Of a stretch of DNA of 64,000 nucleotides, positions 59,532-64,000 are shown piece after piece (the stretch's first letter is position 1; every line of letters begins with the position of its first letter). The translations under genes were made by a program, and so were the position numbers. The notes under the pieces were generated by a model, which was not told the DNA's origin, made no database searches, and saw only the letters and a list, made by a program, of their open reading frames with translations. This stretch comes from an uncultured Rubrivivax sp. (lineage in GTDB: Bacteria; Pseudomonadota; Gammaproteobacteria; Burkholderiales; Burkholderiaceae_C): NCBI GenBank assembly GCA_964244245.1, contig CAXTHW010000010.1:52764-116763 (forward strand). Reading direction: 5' to 3'.

Positions 59532-60017
59532 TTGAAGACGCTGCTGTCCAGGCTGTGCGGCCTGCTGGCTGCCAGCGCGCTGTTCGCCATCATGGCGCTG
59601 ACGCTGGCCGACGTGGCGGGCCGCAAGCTGATGGCCGCCTCGGTGCCGGGCTCGCTGGAACTGACCGAGCTGCTGATGGTGGTGGTGATCTTCGCCGGGC
59701 TGCCGCTGGTGTCGCTGCAAGGCGAGCATGTGGTGTTCGACTCGCTCGACCCCTGGCTGCCGCCAGCGCTGCGCCGCGTGCAGCAGATCGTCGTCGATGG
59801 CCTGTGCGTCGCGGCGCTGGGCGGCATCGCCTGGCTGATGTGGGCCAAGGCCGGGCAGATGGCCGGCTATGGCGACATCACCGCGCAGCTCAAGCTGCCG
59901 CTGGCGCCCTTCGTGCGCACGATGAGCCTGCTGTGCGCCGCCACCGCGCTGGTGCACGCGATGCTGGTGCTGCGGCCTGCCGCGGCGGGCGACGGCGGCG
60001 CCGGAGGCACCGCTTGA
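59532..60017 (+). CDS. dctQ: TRAP transporter small permease
   Basis: DVAGRK, GSLELTE, HVVFD; four transmembrane segments. Confidence 0.9.
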   Translation: MKTLLSRLCGLLAASALFAIMALTLADVAGRKLMAASVPGSLELTELLMVVVIFAGLPLVSLQGEHVVFDSLDPWLPPALRRVQQIVVDGLCVAALGGIAWLMWAKAGQMAGYGDITAQLKLPLAPFVRTMSLLCAATALVHAMLVLRPAAAGDGGAGGTA

Positions 60018-61306
60018 CCGAAGCGCTGCTCGGCTTCGCGGCGGTCTTCGTGCTGGCGCTGCTGCGCATCCCGCTGGCCTTTGCGATGGGCGCGGTGGGC
60101 GTCGTCGGCCTGGGCCTGTTGCGCGGCTGGCAGCCGGCGCTGGCCAACGCAGCGCAGGTGGTCTATGACACCGGCTTCGCCTACACGCTGAGCGTGGTGC
60201 CGCTGTTCATCCTGATGGGCAACTTCGTCGCGCGGGCCGGGCTGGCGCACGAGCTGTTCCGCGCCGCCCATGCCTTCATCGGGCACCGGCGCGGCGGCCT
60301 GGCGCATGCGACGGTGATCGCCTGCGCCGGCTTCGGCGCGATCTGCGGCTCGTCCATCGCCACCGCGGCCACGATGGCCAAGGTGGCCTACCCGCCGATG
60401 AAGGCGCTGGGATACTCCAACGCGCTGGCCACCGGCGTCATCGCGGCCGGCGGCACGCTGGGCATCATGATCCCGCCGTCCACCATCATGGTGATCTACG
60501 GCATCGTCACCGAGACCAACATCGGCAAGCTGTTCGCCGCCGGCGTGATCCCCGGGCTGATGAGCGCGCTGATGCTGATGGGCGGCGTGGCCTGGATCGC
60601 CTGGCGCGACCCGGCCGCCGCACCGGCCGGTGAGCGCTCCACCTGGCCGGCCCGGCGGCGTGCGTTGCGCGACATCTGGGGCGTGGTGCTGCTGGTCGTG
60701 GTGGTGCTGGGCGGCATCTACGGCGGCGTGTTCACCGCCACCGAAGGCGCGGGCATCGGTGCTTCGGGCGCCTTCTTCTTCGCGCTGCTGCGGCGCGCGC
60801 TGACATGGGCCGCGTTCTTCGAGGTGCTGGTGGAAAGCGCGCGCACCACGGCGATGCTGTTCACCATCCTGATCGCGGCGATGCTGTTCTCCAGCTTCGT
60901 CAACTTCACCACGATGCCGGCCGACCTGAAGGCGTGGATCCTGCACCAGGGTTTCAGCCCGCTGATGGTGGTGGGCGCGATGATGGTCATCTACGTGCTG
61001 CTGGGCACCATCATGGAAGAGCTGTCGATGGTGCTGCTCACCATCCCGGTGTTCTTCCCCATCGTCACCAGCCTGGGCTTCGACCCCGTCTGGTTCGGCG
61101 TGCTGATCGTGCTGGTGGTGCAGATCGGCCTGATCTCGCCGCCGGTGGGCATGAACCTGTTCGTGCTGAACGCGCTGCTGAAAGACGTCACGCTGCGGCA
61201 GGTCTTCCAGGGCGTCTGGCTCTTCGTGCTGATCCTCAGCGTGGCGCTGTTTCTGGTGCTGGAATTTCCGGCGCTGTCGCTCTGGCTGCCCGGCTTCATG
61301 CGCTGA
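60014..61306 (+). CDS. dctM: TRAP transporter large permease
   Basis: PLFILMG, GSSIAT, IPPS, SPPVG. Confidence 0.94.
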   Translation: MTEALLGFAAVFVLALLRIPLAFAMGAVGVVGLGLLRGWQPALANAAQVVYDTGFAYTLSVVPLFILMGNFVARAGLAHELFRAAHAFIGHRRGGLAHATVIACAGFGAICGSSIATAATMAKVAYPPMKALGYSNALATGVIAAGGTLGIMIPPSTIMVIYGIVTETNIGKLFAAGVIPGLMSALMLMGGVAWIAWRDPAAAPAGERSTWPARRRALRDIWGVVLLVVVVLGGIYGGVFTATEGAGIGASGAFFFALLRRALTWAAFFEVLVESARTTAMLFTILIAAMLFSSFVNFTTMPADLKAWILHQGFSPLMVVGAMMVIYVLLGTIMEELSMVLLTIPVFFPIVTSLGFDPVWFGVLIVLVVQIGLISPPVGMNLFVLNALLKDVTLRQVFQGVWLFVLILSVALFLVLEFPALSLWLPGFMR

Positions 61307-61322
61307 GTGGCTGCGCCGGGCT

Positions 61323-63524
61323 TCAGCGTGGCGGCGCGGTGGCGGCGCGCAGCCGCTGCGACAAATGGCGCGCCAGGTTGCGGTACAGCAGCGCCGCCAG
61401 CGCCGGGTGCGCCGCCTGCAGCGCGGCAACGTCGTCGGCGCCGAGGGCATGCACCACGGCATCGCTGTCGGCCACCGCATCGGCCGTGCGGCCGCCGCCG
61501 TCGAGCAGCGCCACTTCGCCGAAGGTCATGCCGGGGGAGAAGCTCACGAAACGCGTGCCCGGGCCGTCTGCTGGCGCGCGGCCGATGACGCTGATGGAGC
61601 CTTCGGTCAGCACGTAGAGGGTGCTGGCGGCGTCGCCGGCACGGAAGAGGTGCTCGCCCGCCTGCAGGCGCGTTGCCTTCAGGCGCTGGCACACCAGGGC
61701 CTGCTGGGCTGCGTCCAGCCCCAGCAGCAGCTCGCAGGCGGCCAGCGGCATGGCCTGCGCCACCGGGGCGGCCTGTGCGGCGGCCAGCAGGCGCTGTTCG
61801 GCCGCTTCGGTGGCACGGTCGGCGTCGGCGAACCAGTCGTCACGCGGGTCGCCGCGAAAGGTGCCGCAGGCGCGCAGGCTGCGGCCGTGGCGGTTGCCCG
61901 GCTGCACGCCGGCCAGCAGCAAGGCGGTGCCGCGCTGCGCCAAGCGGCCGGACAGGCTTTGCAGCGCCACCGCGCCGGTCGCGTCCAGCGTGCTGACGGC
62001 GCTGAAGTCGAGCACCACGCTGGCGGCAGCCCGCGCCGCCTGTTCCACTTCGGCCACCATGCGCTCTGCGCTGCCGAAGAAGAGCGCGCCTTCCAGCTCG
62101 ACGAGCGCGATGCGCGCCCGGGCCGAAGCCAGCACGCTCTCTTGCTGCGGCGGGTAGATGCGCCGCGATGGCCGCTGCGCCGCGGTGCCGCGCGAGCGCA
62201 GCAGCGAGCGGTTGACGTTGCGCATGAACACCAGCATGGCCAGCAGCGTGCCGACCGCGACGCCAGCCGCAAAGCCCAGCCACAAGGTGAAGGCGCAGAC
62301 GGTGGCCACCAGCAGCAGGCTCTGGCGTTGCAGGCCGCCGCGTTCACCGGCCCACCATTGCGCGACGAGCTGGTGTGTCCAGCCGTCCATCAACGCCAGC
62401 GCCACGGTGAGCATCAAGCCAGCCATCACCGCCAGCGGCACCTGGCCCAGCAGCGGCAGCGCCAGCCACTGCACGGCGCCCAGCACCACGCAGCCCGCCA
62501 GCGCCGCCCACCGCGAGCTGCCGCCGGCATGCAGCGTGGCCACGGACCGGGTGCGCGAATTCACCACCGGCAGCCCGCCGCACAGGCCGCTGGCGACATT
62601 GGCCGAGCCCATCGCGATGAGTTCGCGGTTGGCGTCGTGGCGCCGGTTCATCGACTGGTCCACCGCCAGCGCGCTGAGGATGGACTCCAGCGAGCCGATC
62701 AACGCGAGCAGCAGCGCGGTCGTCAGCAGGCCCTGCGCATGGCGCTGCCACAGCGCGGCCAGCGCAGTGGCGGGCAGGCGGGCCAGCGCGTCGGGCAGCC
62801 GCACGCCGGCCTGCAACGGCCCCACCTGCGGCGCCAGGCTGGCGTCCGGCCACTGCGCCACCAGCAGCGCATGCAGCAGCGTGCCGCCCGCCAGGCCCAG
62901 CAAGGTGGCCGGGCTGCCCGGCAGCCAGCGCCGCAAGCCCCACACCAGCGCGGCGGTGGCCAGGCCTGTGGCCAGCGTCAGCGGATGCACCGAGGCCAGC
63001 ACCGCCACGCCCTGTTGCGCCCAGGCGCCGGGCTGCAGCCCGAGCAGCAGCGGCAACTGGCCGAGCAGGATGAGGATGGCGATGCCGTTCATGAAGCCGC
63101 TCAGCACCGGCTGCGGCACGAACTTCGCCAGCGAGCCCAGCCGCAGCAACCCGAACACCATCTGCAGCAGTCCGGACCCCGCGACGCAGGCGCCGCAGAC
63201 TGCGGCCAGCAGTTGAAGGCCGGCCGGGTGCGCGGGGTCGAAAGCCGGGTCGCGCACCAGTTGCGCCACCAGCGCGGCAAAGATCAGCGCCGTCGCCGAG
63301 CTGGGGCCGGCGGCCGGCATCTTGGAGCGGCTGATGCAGGCCGCCACCGCGCCGCCGATCACCACGCTGGCAAAGGCCGCCGCAATGCCCATCTGCGCCG
63401 CGGCGCCGCCGACCGGCGCATAGGCCAGCAGCCCGAGCGTCAGCACGATGGCCAGCGAAGCCGCCGCGCCGGCACTGCCGGCCATGATCTCGGTGGGCCA
63501 GCGCAGCGGGGCGGGCGTCGTCAT
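61323..63524 (-). CDS. SulP/SLC26 anion transporter with STAS and cNMP-binding domains
   Basis: GPSSAT, PVLSGF, ANRELIAMG, LFFGSA and LDFSAVSTLD (STAS), FGEVALL..RTA (CAP_ED). Confidence 0.92.
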   Translation of the reverse strand: MTTPAPLRWPTEIMAGSAGAAASLAIVLTLGLLAYAPVGGAAAQMGIAAAFASVVIGGAVAACISRSKMPAAGPSSATALIFAALVAQLVRDPAFDPAHPAGLQLLAAVCGACVAGSGLLQMVFGLLRLGSLAKFVPQPVLSGFMNGIAILILLGQLPLLLGLQPGAWAQQGVAVLASVHPLTLATGLATAALVWGLRRWLPGSPATLLGLAGGTLLHALLVAQWPDASLAPQVGPLQAGVRLPDALARLPATALAALWQRHAQGLLTTALLLALIGSLESILSALAVDQSMNRRHDANRELIAMGSANVASGLCGGLPVVNSRTRSVATLHAGGSSRWAALAGCVVLGAVQWLALPLLGQVPLAVMAGLMLTVALALMDGWTHQLVAQWWAGERGGLQRQSLLLVATVCAFTLWLGFAAGVAVGTLLAMLVFMRNVNRSLLRSRGTAAQRPSRRIYPPQQESVLASARARIALVELEGALFFGSAERMVAEVEQAARAAASVVLDFSAVSTLDATGAVALQSLSGRLAQRGTALLLAGVQPGNRHGRSLRACGTFRGDPRDDWFADADRATEAAEQRLLAAAQAAPVAQAMPLAACELLLGLDAAQQALVCQRLKATRLQAGEHLFRAGDAASTLYVLTEGSISVIGRAPADGPGTRFVSFSPGMTFGEVALLDGGGRTADAVADSDAVVHALGADDVAALQAAHPALAALLYRNLARHLSQRLRAATAPPR

Positions 63525-63670
63525 CGCGCAGTCATGGCGCGCGTGCAGGGCATGCGGGGTTGGGCATCGTGGTCGGGTGGGGCGCCGGCTGCGGGTGCTG
63601 GCGCTGCTGGCGCGGGCATTGCGGCCGGGCAGGCGTCGATCTTAGCCGCGCTGCGCCGCGCGGCCCGGGC

Positions 63671-63703
63671 GCATCAGGCGCGGATCAGGCGCGCATCAGC
63701 CCG
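63671..63703. repeat. Three 11-bp units with TCAG core at the msrQ 3' end
   Basis: GCATCAGGCGC / GGATCAGGCGC / GCATCAGCCCG; TCAG at 63674, 63685 and 63696. Confidence 0.85.
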
Positions 63704-64000
63704 GCAGGCCGCAGCCGGCGCAGCAGGCGCCAGCCCAGCAGCAGCGCGACGATGGCAGCGTACACGGCCACCTCGGCATAGTTGTGCTTGCCGGAACGCA
63801 GCCACAGGAAGTGCACGATGGCCAGCACCGCGGTGGCATAGACCATCCGGTGCAAGGCCTGCCAGCGCCGCGCACCGAGCGTCTTGATGGCGCGGTTGAA
63901 CGACGTGGCCGCCAGCGGCAGCATGCTCAGCAAGGCCGCCGTGCCCACCAGGATGAAGGGCCGCTTGGCAATGTCACGCAGGATGGCGTCGATGTCGAAG
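63685..64000 (-). CDS. msrQ: MsrQ (YedZ) heme-binding membrane subunit, 3' part
   Basis: DIAKRPFI.VG, LAATS, RWQALHRMVY, VHFLW. Confidence 0.92.
   Translation of the reverse strand, partial: FDIDAILRDIAKRPFILVGTAALLSMLPLAATSFNRAIKTLGARRWQALHRMVYATAVLAIVHFLWLRSGKHNYAEVAVYAAIVALLLGWRLLRRLRPAGLMRA

Overview
A GC-rich (about 70% by eye) betaproteobacterial chromosome segment, probably Burkholderiales (Rubrivivax/Ideonella-like; this is an inference). In order: lnt-glyQS-gmhB-plsC-ygjP housekeeping run; a long LiuR-controlled leucine/isovalerate catabolic region (liuR, ivd, can, aceK, thiolase, acyl-CoA dehydrogenases, liuB/C/D/E) interrupted by accessory genes (LysR + hydrolase, DUF2868/DUF3482-type GTPase pair, DinB proteins, a VapBC module); an MFS carboxylate transporter; a malonate cluster (GntR-matA-TTT receptor-matB); a sigma54-driven ABC transporter plus 3-hydroxybutyrate-oligomer hydrolase operon; yceJ/yceI; a double-length UvrA; a lower-GC two-gene hypothetical + nucleotidyltransferase module; a frameshifted ABA4-like gene; a TRAP transporter; SulP-STAS-cNMP; and partial msrQ. 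No rRNA, tRNA, CRISPR array or transposase was recognised. Best candidates for undescribed biology are the NTase two-gene module, the DUF2868/DUF3482 GTPase pair, the asymmetric tandem UvrA, a GmhB lacking its nucleophile, and a recurrent intergenic TCAG-N7-TCAG-N7-TCA motif. Family names come from motif recognition, not database searches.
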